IMG/VR virus record: IMGVR_UViG_3300030329_003992
Origin: an uncultured virus (IMG/VR IMGVR_UViG_3300030329_003992)
Taxonomy: Duplodnaviria > Heunggongvirae > Uroviricota > Caudoviricetes
DNA length: 64,000 nucleotides
Strand: one strand, 5' to 3'
The position numbers were made by a program, and so were the translations under genes. Under the pieces are notes generated by a model, which was not told the DNA's origin, did no database searches, and saw only the letters and a program-made list of their open reading frames with translations. Below are positions 41,101 through 50,747 of the stretch, one piece after another (position 1 is the first letter of the stretch; every line of letters begins with the position of its first letter).

Positions 41101-41649
41101 ATGTTATATGATCATATAGTTTTTCCTGGAGCAATTGATGAAATTATTGATGAATCACAAATGGTTCTTGAGGATTTAAAATCAAAGGGTTCATCATCTT
41201 CAGGTGTAGGTAAAAATGTTGATGTTAGTTGGTACGGCGGTGGTTATGTTAGTAATATTGAAGATAATGTTTTTTATTATTTTAAAAGAGCGAATCTTAT
41301 AAATTTTGGTTATAGTATTGATTATACTGAAGCATGTAGATGGGAACAATATAAACAAGGTGGAAGTTATTCCTTGAGAAAAGAATTGAATCATTTTTAT
41401 CAAAATCATATTGATAGAAAATTGGTTGCAGTAGTAAATATGAATGATTCTTTTGATCCAAAAAAGGATGGTGGTGGAATTATTCTATATGAATCTGATA
41501 GAAAAAGAACACCAGTTGATGATATTTTTTATAAAAAAAGAGGATCTATAGTGGTCTTTAATGTTTTTACAGGATATGAAATAGAAGAAGTTAAATGTGA
41601 AAATTTACAATACTTATTTTGTTTTTGTGTAGGAGATAAATGGCGTTAA
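41101..41649 (+). CDS. Degenerate PKHD-like 2OG-Fe(II) oxygenase homolog
   Basis: DRKL, GGG, RGSIVVF, G.KWR end; no HxD...H triad. Confidence 0.6.
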   Translation: MLYDHIVFPGAIDEIIDESQMVLEDLKSKGSSSSGVGKNVDVSWYGGGYVSNIEDNVFYYFKRANLINFGYSIDYTEACRWEQYKQGGSYSLRKELNHFYQNHIDRKLVAVVNMNDSFDPKKDGGGIILYESDRKRTPVDDIFYKKRGSIVVFNVFTGYEIEEVKCENLQYLFCFCVGDKWR

Positions 41650-43661
41650 ATCATATAGCAATATTAGGAAACAGTTTAGAGTCTAGATTAATGGCTCTTT
41701 GTGTTAAGTTAGCTGAACCTGATATGGAAGTTAAAATATATACAAATGGTCAAGACTATTCAATGAACATTCTTAGACCTGTAGGAAATTCTTTATGTGC
41801 ACAAGGACTTAAATTTTTACATGATTATTGTGGAATTAATAAAGAAACTTTTTGGACAAGAACTAATTCTACTCTTGCGATGGGAGAAGCATTTCAACAT
41901 AATAAACAGGATGGTTCTACAGAAAATGTATATTTACCATTACTAGGATCACATTTTCCAAATAGATTAGTTCATTATCAATGCGCAATAAAAAATTTTC
42001 ATCCAGATCTAGAGGAGAATGAACAATTTAGATTATTCTTAGAATATATTTTAATGAAATATCCAAATTCTAAAAATGCTATTACTGATACTTTAACTTG
42101 GTTTGCACCAGACAAGTATCATGCGGATAAACATTTAGAACACTTTTTTAATTTGGAAAATGCTATAATAGCTTCTGCTCCTGATGCAGATGATTTTCAA
42201 GTTGCGGAGGGAATGCCTGTTTGTTATGATTTTGATAGTATTAAATCTTTAATGGATGAAAAAATTACATCACTAAACATTCCAATAATTACTGATACAA
42301 TTCAAAGTATAACCGTTGAGCAATCAACTTCTCCTTATCTTGGTGCAGGAATGGTTTATGATCCAAATCTTGATGAATATGTTTCACGAGATCAAATTAA
42401 TGTTTTGAAAAATGAATATGATTCTTCTTTAAATACTTTGGGAAATGTTTTTGGAGAAGATGTTTATGGTGAAGGTGGATTGGAATATCATGCAACAAAT
42501 TTATTAGGAAAAGATTACAAAAATATTACAAAAATAACAATTGGCGGAACAGAATTTGATGTAGATTTTGTGGTTGATTGTGGTTGTACACATTCTCAAG
42601 TTGAAGATTTTATAGAAACTGATGGACCAAAAACTTCTATAAATGAAACATTTCCTTGGACACAATATAAAGAATATGAATCTTCAAGACATCATATGCA
42701 ATGTCATACTTTGTTTTATACAGACGGAATACCAAATGGTGCAAGATGTCACGAGGTTTATAGAAATAAAACAATTCATAAAGAATTTCAATTAGTTGAC
42801 GCACCTGTTGATGGTGTTACAGGACTTCATGCTAGTAAATACTTGGCTGGAGCAAAAGGAGACATTACAACAGTTTCTTTAAGTGGAAGAAATGTTCAAG
42901 ACAACCATCTTATAAATGATAAATTTAATTCTAATTATGTTAAATTTGATTTAAAACGTCAAGCGTTGAATCCAGCAATGAATGAGGATTCTGTTAATTT
43001 GTTTAGATATGCGTATATGGTACAAAAGAAAATATCTAATATTAATAAAGACCCAAGAAATCTACCAATATATTTGGGTTCAATACAATCTGTTTGGTAT
43101 GCTAATAGAAACGCATTTAAAAGAATGGCTTATTATGTTTGGGATAATAATACCATTGGCCCAGGATGGGAGTGGGCTAATAGTGTTCCGACATTTTTTC
43201 AAAACTTATTTGATTCTTGGAATGGTGGATTACCAAGATTACCAGGTATTGTAGATTATGCTGGGCAATCATTTTCATCTACATTCATTACGAAAGATTA
43301 TATCAATGAAGGAAGAATGCCTGGGTTGTCAGGTTATGGTGGATATATGGATAGAGAATGGGCATATGTTGCAGAAGCTAGGGGTAAAGTAACACAAGAT
43401 TTTTCTTCTAAATTTACTGGTGAACATGCTGACATTTTTGAGGATCTTAGGTTAATATCTATTTTACTTAAATATAAGTTTTATGAATTTGGATCATTAA
43501 CATTTGAAGAATTCAGATCTAGACATTTAGTTGGTGATGATTCTTTAAATCCTATTACTGGTAATCATATTGTTTTAGAGGATGGAACAGGAAAATTATT
43601 AACAAAGCATAGGTATATTCAAATGAAAGAATATGCAACTTCAGAAGATAGTTCTATATGA
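41640..43661 (+). CDS. Highly divergent tryptophan-halogenase-like protein
   Basis: HIAILG N-terminal strand, RTNSTLAMG (cf. KTGATVKLG), DFVVDCG; lacks GxGxxG, catalytic Lys and WxWxIP. Confidence 0.5.
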   Translation: MALNHIAILGNSLESRLMALCVKLAEPDMEVKIYTNGQDYSMNILRPVGNSLCAQGLKFLHDYCGINKETFWTRTNSTLAMGEAFQHNKQDGSTENVYLPLLGSHFPNRLVHYQCAIKNFHPDLEENEQFRLFLEYILMKYPNSKNAITDTLTWFAPDKYHADKHLEHFFNLENAIIASAPDADDFQVAEGMPVCYDFDSIKSLMDEKITSLNIPIITDTIQSITVEQSTSPYLGAGMVYDPNLDEYVSRDQINVLKNEYDSSLNTLGNVFGEDVYGEGGLEYHATNLLGKDYKNITKITIGGTEFDVDFVVDCGCTHSQVEDFIETDGPKTSINETFPWTQYKEYESSRHHMQCHTLFYTDGIPNGARCHEVYRNKTIHKEFQLVDAPVDGVTGLHASKYLAGAKGDITTVSLSGRNVQDNHLINDKFNSNYVKFDLKRQALNPAMNEDSVNLFRYAYMVQKKISNINKDPRNLPIYLGSIQSVWYANRNAFKRMAYYVWDNNTIGPGWEWANSVPTFFQNLFDSWNGGLPRLPGIVDYAGQSFSSTFITKDYINEGRMPGLSGYGGYMDREWAYVAEARGKVTQDFSSKFTGEHADIFEDLRLISILLKYKFYEFGSLTFEEFRSRHLVGDDSLNPITGNHIVLEDGTGKLLTKHRYIQMKEYATSEDSSI

Positions 43662-44491
43662 GAATATTTAAACAATTTGTACCTGAAGACTCAACCATTT
43701 ATTTAAGAACTACATTTGAAGAGATTCATGCAAGATATTATGCTCATTTATGTGTATCAAAAAAACGTCCTGATACAATGAAGTCAGAATATATGTGGAC
43801 TCTAAGACAAAGAGATGCGCGGGATGGATCATTTCAAATTGATGATTATTCAAACATAAGAAGCGTTCTCATAGCAATGAATGAAAAATTTAGATCATTA
43901 GGATATGAAAAAGAAGATTATCCAATTAAAGATATAAGATTTAAAAGATATACAGATAGAGAATCAAGCCTAGCTTCTGATGGTTATCAGTTTAATAAAT
44001 CTAAATATTCAATTCCAGTTAACATTATGAATGACGGACTTACAAGTAATTTAAAACAAGAAATTAATGATGGAAAAGTTTCAAAAAATATTATAGTTTA
44101 TTTGTCTAGAATAAATACTGGCAGATGGAAACAAAAACCATCAAAAAGAACCAAAACATGGTTATATTCTAATGATTGTGTTGCGACTGTGTGGGTAAAA
44201 CCAACAACTATCTATGTTAAAAAAAGTAATAGTGATGAATCTGTGAAAAGTATTCAAGTTAGAAGGGGCGATTTAACAATAGCAGATCATGAAGAAGTAT
44301 TTCTTGGTGATATAGTTGGTGACTTTGCTGAAGCATTTCATGTTATATACAAAGATTCACCCCTCAATCCACTTGAGAAGGGTGGATATAATTTTGTTTA
44401 TACACAACAAGAAGTAGTTGATTCACAAAATAAAATGGATGGAATGGTTTGGGAACCTACGGAAACTCCCTTTTCTGATATGGAAGGATAA
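43658..44491 (+). CDS. Hypothetical protein, possibly a degenerate 2OG-oxygenase fold
   Basis: IYV...VRRGDLTI...AFHVIY loosely resembles phage 2OG-like proteins; no HxD. Confidence 0.4.
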   Translation: MRIFKQFVPEDSTIYLRTTFEEIHARYYAHLCVSKKRPDTMKSEYMWTLRQRDARDGSFQIDDYSNIRSVLIAMNEKFRSLGYEKEDYPIKDIRFKRYTDRESSLASDGYQFNKSKYSIPVNIMNDGLTSNLKQEINDGKVSKNIIVYLSRINTGRWKQKPSKRTKTWLYSNDCVATVWVKPTTIYVKKSNSDESVKSIQVRRGDLTIADHEEVFLGDIVGDFAEAFHVIYKDSPLNPLEKGGYNFVYTQQEVVDSQNKMDGMVWEPTETPFSDMEG

Positions 44492-44492
44492 A

Positions 44493-46223
44493 ATGTTTGT
44501 TGAAAATATTATTGTAGTTGGTGGTGGAACTTCTGGGTGGATGACAGCATATTGGATGAAAAAGTTATTACCCGGTTTAAAAATTAAAGTTATTGCAAGT
44601 CCTGAAATTGACATTTTAGGTGCGGGTGAAGGTGGATTGCCAGTATTTTTAGGATGGTTTAAACAATGTGAAGTTGATCTAAAAGAATTCTTTCAAAAAA
44701 CTGGAGCAACAGTTAAATTGGGTATTGATTATAGAGATTGGTACGCCAAAGGTGAAAATTTTCTTCATCCATTTACAGGTGATTTAATTACTGTTGGTGG
44801 AGTAGAACATCCATCAAAAGAAGAAGATCCTGGAGAGGAAGAAGAAGATCCAGATATGGATGTAGAACATGAATTTGAAGAAAATCCTGAATTAGAAGTA
44901 GAAAACGCAAATAAACAAATCAGACGGGCCTATATAAATGGAATTTATGCGAGTCCAGAATTAAATTATTTAGAATGGACAAGTCCTTTCATGGAAGATG
45001 GTATTCCAAATCACTCATTAGAAAAGTTAATGGAAATATTATCTGATAATCAAATGAGCGGTGTAAGCTTACATTTTGACGCAGTTAAAGTTGGAGAATT
45101 TTTTAAAGAAAAATGTTTAGATCTGGGTGTTGAATATTTTAGTGAAACAGTTTTAGACATTGAAACCGATGGGGAAGGTTCTGTTACAGAAGTTATTACA
45201 AAAGATAGAAAGTTTGAATGTGATCTTATTTTTGATTGTTCAGGACAAAGAAGATTAATTTCAAGTAAATTTGATGATGATAATGATTGGTGGCCTTTTG
45301 GTTTTTTAACTGTAAATAGTGCATTACCTTTTGTTTTAGAAAATCCTGAAGGTGCGGATCTTGATATGTGGACAACTGCACAAGCAATGGATTTTGGTTG
45401 GATGTGGAAAATACCATTGCAACATAGACAAGGTTGTGGTTATGTTTTTGATGACAGATTTATTGATTTTGATCTTGCTCAACAAGAAGTAGAAACATTT
45501 TTAAGAAGAAAAATTAATCCACTGAAAAAGATAAGTTTTCAAGCGGGTTACTTGGAAAAACCTTGGGCAAAAAATTGTATTAGTATAGGAATGTCACAAA
45601 GTTTTGTTGAACCTTTAGAAGCTACGGCTTTGGGTTCAGTTTGTGTTCAACATTTTATGTTAAGAGATTTAATTCAAGGATTGGTATCTAAATTTGAAGA
45701 AAAACCAGTTTCAAAATTTGATGGATGGGAAGAAATTAATTGGGATGAGGGTGATTATAAAATTGCACAATTAGAATATAATGCTTTATGTGGAAATATC
45801 ATTAGAGAAATTGCTGATTTTGTCCATGGTCATTATTATTCACCAAGAAAAGATACTGAATTTTGGGATAGTAGAAAAGAACTATTTAGCATGGGAGATG
45901 AAGATTACTCTGGATCAGGAGAATCTATGTCTCATAAAATGAAAATGTGGAAAACTCATCCTGTTTATTATGAACCAGAAACACAAGCACAGAAGATATA
46001 TAATGAATTTAATTTACTATGTGTATTTGATGGGTTACATATATATGATAGAGAAGAAAGAAAACTTTTGTTAGAAAACCATCCGTTCATGCAGAAATGG
46101 ATGACACCACAAAATCTTGAAGATTTTAAACAATATTTTTCTAACATGAAAACTTCTTTAAATGAAGACAGATTAACCCAATTAGAATACTTAAAAAAAT
46201 ATGAGTTGCTTGCTAAAACCTAG
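44493..46223 (+). CDS. Flavin-dependent tryptophan halogenase-family protein
   Basis: VVGGGTSGW, GAGEG, GATVKLGI (catalytic-Lys position), DLIFDCSG, GWMWKIP, FVEPLEAT; start placed at ATG 44493. Confidence 0.9.
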   Translation: MFVENIIVVGGGTSGWMTAYWMKKLLPGLKIKVIASPEIDILGAGEGGLPVFLGWFKQCEVDLKEFFQKTGATVKLGIDYRDWYAKGENFLHPFTGDLITVGGVEHPSKEEDPGEEEEDPDMDVEHEFEENPELEVENANKQIRRAYINGIYASPELNYLEWTSPFMEDGIPNHSLEKLMEILSDNQMSGVSLHFDAVKVGEFFKEKCLDLGVEYFSETVLDIETDGEGSVTEVITKDRKFECDLIFDCSGQRRLISSKFDDDNDWWPFGFLTVNSALPFVLENPEGADLDMWTTAQAMDFGWMWKIPLQHRQGCGYVFDDRFIDFDLAQQEVETFLRRKINPLKKISFQAGYLEKPWAKNCISIGMSQSFVEPLEATALGSVCVQHFMLRDLIQGLVSKFEEKPVSKFDGWEEINWDEGDYKIAQLEYNALCGNIIREIADFVHGHYYSPRKDTEFWDSRKELFSMGDEDYSGSGESMSHKMKMWKTHPVYYEPETQAQKIYNEFNLLCVFDGLHIYDREERKLLLENHPFMQKWMTPQNLEDFKQYFSNMKTSLNEDRLTQLEYLKKYELLAKT

Positions 46224-46416
46224 AAAAATAAAAAAATTTAAAATAAAAAAAGTAAACAATCCTAAAGTAAAAGCTGAGCGTCAATATAAAGAGTTAAGTA
46301 TTGACAGATGCAAAAAAATTACTTGTGTGAGGGCATATTCTTTTGATAGAAGAATAAGTTACAAATTAACTTATGGCGATATGTTTATGACACACGAAAT
46401 AAAAGGGATGGAATAA
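46201..46416 (+). CDS. Small basic hypothetical protein
   Basis: Fills the gap; TAATG-coupled to the radical SAM gene. Confidence 0.45.
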   Translation: MSCLLKPRKIKKFKIKKVNNPKVKAERQYKELSIDRCKKITCVRAYSFDRRISYKLTYGDMFMTHEIKGME

Positions 46417-47765
46417 TGTCAGTAGATAAAGATTTAACTTATACATTGATCTGTGATGATGGGGCAAAGTTTTATTATAAACCTCATGTAAGTTCTTTAA
46501 AAGATGAAGAAGGAAAAGACTTGTATAGTATGAATCCAGTTGCCATTAGGAAAGTTAATAAATGGTATATGGAATCCCCTGGAGAAGGTTGTGGCGGTGT
46601 TGAGGTTAATCCTATTCATCCACTTTTTAATCCTGGAAAAAAGACAAGAGCACCAGGAAGACTTAAAATCCAATTAGGATTAAAATGTAATTATTCATGC
46701 GAGTATTGTTCTCAAGCGTCATTTGTTCCAGACGCAACAGTAACAGATAGTGATGATTTAGAAGAATTTATGCAAAGGTTGGATGATAGATTAGATCTAG
46801 CAGGATGTGGTACTGTAGAATTGTGGGGTGGTGAACCATTATTATATTGGAAAAAAATTAAAGCATTGGTTCCTTTTTTAAAAGGGAGGGTCGCAGAAGA
46901 TTGTGAATTTACTATTGTTACAAATGGCAGTTTAATAAATCAAGAAAAGATTGATTTTTTTAAAGAACATAAAATAGATATAACTATGAGTCATGATGGA
47001 CCTGGATATCATTTGAGAGGTCCTGATCCATTAGACAATCCTAGAAAATTTAGATTTATTCAACAGATGGTAGATTTAAATGATCAAGAAGAACTTGGGT
47101 TTTCTTTTAGTATGGTTTGGACAAAAGAAAACACAAAAGATTTTGATCATACTGTAAATTGGTTTGCCGATAAATTTAAAGATAAAAATGTTCCAGTGAG
47201 TGCAGAAGGTATTGTGGAAGCATATGATATAGACACTGCTATGAATGAAAAAACTGGAAAGTTTGATTATTCTGGTTTAGAAGATTTAGAAGAAAGATTT
47301 TTTAAAGGTTTAACTGAAGGTAATAGACCATTGATGAAAGTATTCACTTCTGTTGATAAAATAAATGAGTTTTATGGTACTCTTATACATAAAAAAGATA
47401 GCGATTATGTTGGTCAAAAATGTGGTATGGATCAGGATGATGATTTGGCAGTTGATTTAAAAGGAAATGTTTTAACTTGTCAAAATGTTGGATTGGAGAA
47501 AAAACATCTATCAGGCCATATGGATAAAATGGAAGAAGTTAGGACAAAATCAAGTCAACATTGGACTTGGAGAAAAGAATGTAGAAGTTGTCCAGTTGTT
47601 CAATTGTGTCAAGGTTCTTGTATGTTTTTAAAAGGAAAAGAATTTGCACAAACTTGTTGGAATGAATACGCATATAACATGGCACATTTAAGAGCAGCAA
47701 TTAAATTCATAACTGGTAAAACAATTGTTGATATAGAAGGAAAACAAGAACGACCTGAATTATAG
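46416..47765 (+). CDS. Radical SAM protein with C-terminal SPASM domain (peptide/protein maturase type)
   Basis: CNYSCEYC, WGGEPLL, VTNG, SHDG; C-terminal KCG...TCQ...CRSCPVVQLCQGSC...C. Confidence 0.9.
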   Translation: MSVDKDLTYTLICDDGAKFYYKPHVSSLKDEEGKDLYSMNPVAIRKVNKWYMESPGEGCGGVEVNPIHPLFNPGKKTRAPGRLKIQLGLKCNYSCEYCSQASFVPDATVTDSDDLEEFMQRLDDRLDLAGCGTVELWGGEPLLYWKKIKALVPFLKGRVAEDCEFTIVTNGSLINQEKIDFFKEHKIDITMSHDGPGYHLRGPDPLDNPRKFRFIQQMVDLNDQEELGFSFSMVWTKENTKDFDHTVNWFADKFKDKNVPVSAEGIVEAYDIDTAMNEKTGKFDYSGLEDLEERFFKGLTEGNRPLMKVFTSVDKINEFYGTLIHKKDSDYVGQKCGMDQDDDLAVDLKGNVLTCQNVGLEKKHLSGHMDKMEEVRTKSSQHWTWRKECRSCPVVQLCQGSCMFLKGKEFAQTCWNEYAYNMAHLRAAIKFITGKTIVDIEGKQERPEL

Positions 47766-47772
47766 GAATATT

Positions 47773-48432
47773 ATGTATAATAGAAATGATATGTCTAATG
47801 GTGATGATTATGATGCAGTAAAATCAGATGGTGGAGCTATGCATGGTCCATTTTTTGGTTCTGATATGGACTATCATATAATCAATTATAAAAAATCCCC
47901 ATATGTAATTTATGATAACTTTTTTCATTCAACATTATGTGATAAATTACTCAATATCACAGAACAATTCCCATACAAAAAATATAATGATGGAAAATCT
48001 AGATTTGAATACATAAGTTTAAATGAAAATTTAGAAAGAAAAGATTTAAGATGGATTAAAAGACCATTAACAGAATTAGTAGAGGATGCTAACAATACTA
48101 ATTTTATGGTTGATATTAATTCAGTAGAATTTTTTAACCTATTTAAATTTGAAATAGGAGATCATAGAGGGTGGCGTCATGATTGTGATTGGTTTTTTAA
48201 CGGATTAGCTTTTGATAAAAAACTTACAGTAATAATAGAATTAAATGAGCCAGATGATTATGAAGGTGGAGAATATGGTGAATATATGAGTACAATTCCA
48301 TTCCCCAAACAACACTTAAATAGAGGTAGTGTTTTAATTATACCTGCATATTACTATTATAACATAGATGATATTTTAGCAGGTACTAGAAAAATGTTAA
48401 TTGCTAATGTGATAGGTCCAAAATTTAGATGA
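47773..48432 (+). CDS. PKHD-like 2OG-Fe(II) oxygenase homolog with altered metal ligands
   Basis: KKLTVII, DYEGGE, RGS, GTRK, GPKFR; RHD in place of HxD and Tyr at the distal His. Confidence 0.7.
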   Translation: MYNRNDMSNGDDYDAVKSDGGAMHGPFFGSDMDYHIINYKKSPYVIYDNFFHSTLCDKLLNITEQFPYKKYNDGKSRFEYISLNENLERKDLRWIKRPLTELVEDANNTNFMVDINSVEFFNLFKFEIGDHRGWRHDCDWFFNGLAFDKKLTVIIELNEPDDYEGGEYGEYMSTIPFPKQHLNRGSVLIIPAYYYYNIDDILAGTRKMLIANVIGPKFR

Positions 48433-49124
48433 TTACAAGTCCAAACCAAATAAACACGCATAGACATACCTCATTAGAGGAACATAATTATAATGAAATG
48501 TCTGATGCAAGAAAACCTTATTTTTTTAAAAGACAAATATTTTCAGATTCAGAGTGTGACTTGTTGTGGTCATATTGGAATGAGGATGAATGTTTTGTTG
48601 AAGATGATGTCACTCCTGACAGTCCATGGTACAAATATTTTAGAGAGTTGAGAAGTAGAAAACATATGTTTTTGGAGGGAAATTTTAATTCAACTCCACC
48701 AAAGAAAGGACTTCTTACAGAAATTCCTTATGATTTACTATGGTTAGAAAAAAGAATACATTATTATGTTGAACAAGCAAACAAGGAATGTTTCTATTTA
48801 GATATTAGTTTTGGATTAATGTCTAAACAATTAATGTATTATGGTGTAGGTGATTGGTTTCAACCACATGATGATACAAATCATTGGGATAATCATCATT
48901 ATGATAGAAAGTTAACAATTATAATTCAATTGTCTGATGGTGAAGACTATGAAGGTGGATATACTACAGTTGGTGAACCAGGAGAATTTGAACAACCAAA
49001 ACATCAAAAAGAACGTGGAAGTATTTTTATATTCCCTACATTTTTAACTCATGCAGTTAGTAAAATAACAAGTGGTGAAAGAAAGGCATTTATATGTTGG
49101 TACATTGGCCCGAAGTTCCGGTAA
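48429..49124 (+). CDS. PKHD-type 2OG-Fe(II) oxygenase, intact
   Basis: PHDD, RKLTIIIQLS, YEGG, FPTFLTHAV, SGERK, GPKFR. Confidence 0.9.
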   Translation: MITSPNQINTHRHTSLEEHNYNEMSDARKPYFFKRQIFSDSECDLLWSYWNEDECFVEDDVTPDSPWYKYFRELRSRKHMFLEGNFNSTPPKKGLLTEIPYDLLWLEKRIHYYVEQANKECFYLDISFGLMSKQLMYYGVGDWFQPHDDTNHWDNHHYDRKLTIIIQLSDGEDYEGGYTTVGEPGEFEQPKHQKERGSIFIFPTFLTHAVSKITSGERKAFICWYIGPKFR

Positions 49125-50002
49125 AATCAGATTTACATATCGTTGAAAATGGACTTGGTAAAGTTGCGTTATGGTCAAATATTATTCATGATTTAAAAAA
49201 GAAAGATCCCGAGAAAAGAATATCAATCCAATCCCCTTGGCCTGATTTGTATGATAAACATAAGGACATTTATAGTTCTATTCATGTCATGGATCAATCC
49301 GTAGATTATAAAAAATATTTTGATAAGATGATTTATCATGAACCATATAAATCTCATTATTTAAAAAAAGATATACACATGACAAAAGCATGGAGAGATA
49401 TGTATGATCTACCTGATGGTGATACTTGCATTGATCTTCATGTTTCAGAACCAGATGCTTTATATTGTAATCAAATCATTTCTAATATGCAAGAAAAACC
49501 TTATGTACTTTTACAATTAAAAGGTGGAACAAATGTAGGACAAAAAGCATATTCTCCTGATCATCAAGGTTTTATGAAAGCAAGAAATTATGAAATGGAT
49601 TATGAGTTGGTTACAGAATTATATAATAATTATAATAAAGATTATTTCTTTTTGATAATAAGAACAAAGAATGATCCTTATAGTCCTAGTTTAGAAAATT
49701 ATCCTGAACTTGGTTTTTTAGAAGATGAGAAAATTTCAGTGTTACATGCCATAGCACAAAACTGTAAAACTTTTATATCTATAGATAGTTGTGTACAACA
49801 TTTTTGTTCACAAAGGGGTAATATAAAAAAAGGTGTGGTGATGTGGGGAGCACCTACTGATCCAATAACAATTGGACATGATTGGAATGTTAACTTAATG
49901 TCTGAACATCCTTCTAAAGTTAGTGTAGAAGTGAATACAGTTATGGAAGCATTTGAATCTATCATAAAACCTAATAAAAAAATAGATGAATCAACTAAGT
50001 AA
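49094..50002 (+). CDS. GT9-like glycosyltransferase
   Basis: GLGK, EPY, LLQxxGG, FISIDSCVQH, GVVMWG; start uncertain. Confidence 0.65.
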   Translation: MLVHWPEVPVKSDLHIVENGLGKVALWSNIIHDLKKKDPEKRISIQSPWPDLYDKHKDIYSSIHVMDQSVDYKKYFDKMIYHEPYKSHYLKKDIHMTKAWRDMYDLPDGDTCIDLHVSEPDALYCNQIISNMQEKPYVLLQLKGGTNVGQKAYSPDHQGFMKARNYEMDYELVTELYNNYNKDYFFLIIRTKNDPYSPSLENYPELGFLEDEKISVLHAIAQNCKTFISIDSCVQHFCSQRGNIKKGVVMWGAPTDPITIGHDWNVNLMSEHPSKVSVEVNTVMEAFESIIKPNKKIDESTK

Positions 50003-50747
50003 TGAATATAAGAAATATCTTTTTGATTACGCTGATGAGGGAAATTATATTGAAGACTTTTTATCTGCAGAAGAAAGAATAGAATCATATAATTTAACCA
50101 GAGTTAGTGAAAAAGATATATTAGGTAGAAGATCAAGTATTCATAAAGTTTTTGATAATAGATTTAATAAAAAATTACATTTCAGAGTTATTCCTCAATT
50201 ATATCCTAAAGAAAATCCTGACAATTTTAGAATTGACGGCATGTGTTTGTTAGATTTGTCAGAACCAACTAAACCACATATTGATGGTTATTATCCAGAA
50301 CAAGGAAATTATTACATAATAAAAATTTGTATAACTCCAATTGCTTTTGATACAGAAGAAGAAAATGTTGAAAACATAAGAACAACATTTATAACTTTTG
50401 ATCAACATTACAATGAATATGTTCGTGGTGGTATTGAAGTAGACAGAGCAATGGAAACTGACAGTCTTCCAGATAGTTGGCAGGATATGCATGGTAATAA
50501 TTTACAAAATCATAATGAATCATTCATTCCAGAAGATTCCCCAAAAGAAGATTTTAGACACGTTGTATATCAATTTGATGGTGAAATGCAATATGGTTTA
50601 AACATACAAAATAAATTTGATATGAAGTTGGGTGATATGGCTACAATTAATCCTTATCAAATGCACATGACAAAAGATTATGCTCTAAGTCCAATTGATG
50701 GAAAATGGGTTTTTAGATTTAGTATTTTAAGAAAAAAATATGAATAG
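49986..50747 (+). CDS. Divergent 2OG-Fe(II)/cupin-like oxygenase (paralog 1)
   Basis: PHID...GLNI...LGD...QMH. Confidence 0.55.
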   Translation: MNQLSNEYKKYLFDYADEGNYIEDFLSAEERIESYNLTRVSEKDILGRRSSIHKVFDNRFNKKLHFRVIPQLYPKENPDNFRIDGMCLLDLSEPTKPHIDGYYPEQGNYYIIKICITPIAFDTEEENVENIRTTFITFDQHYNEYVRGGIEVDRAMETDSLPDSWQDMHGNNLQNHNESFIPEDSPKEDFRHVVYQFDGEMQYGLNIQNKFDMKLGDMATINPYQMHMTKDYALSPIDGKWVFRFSILRKKYE

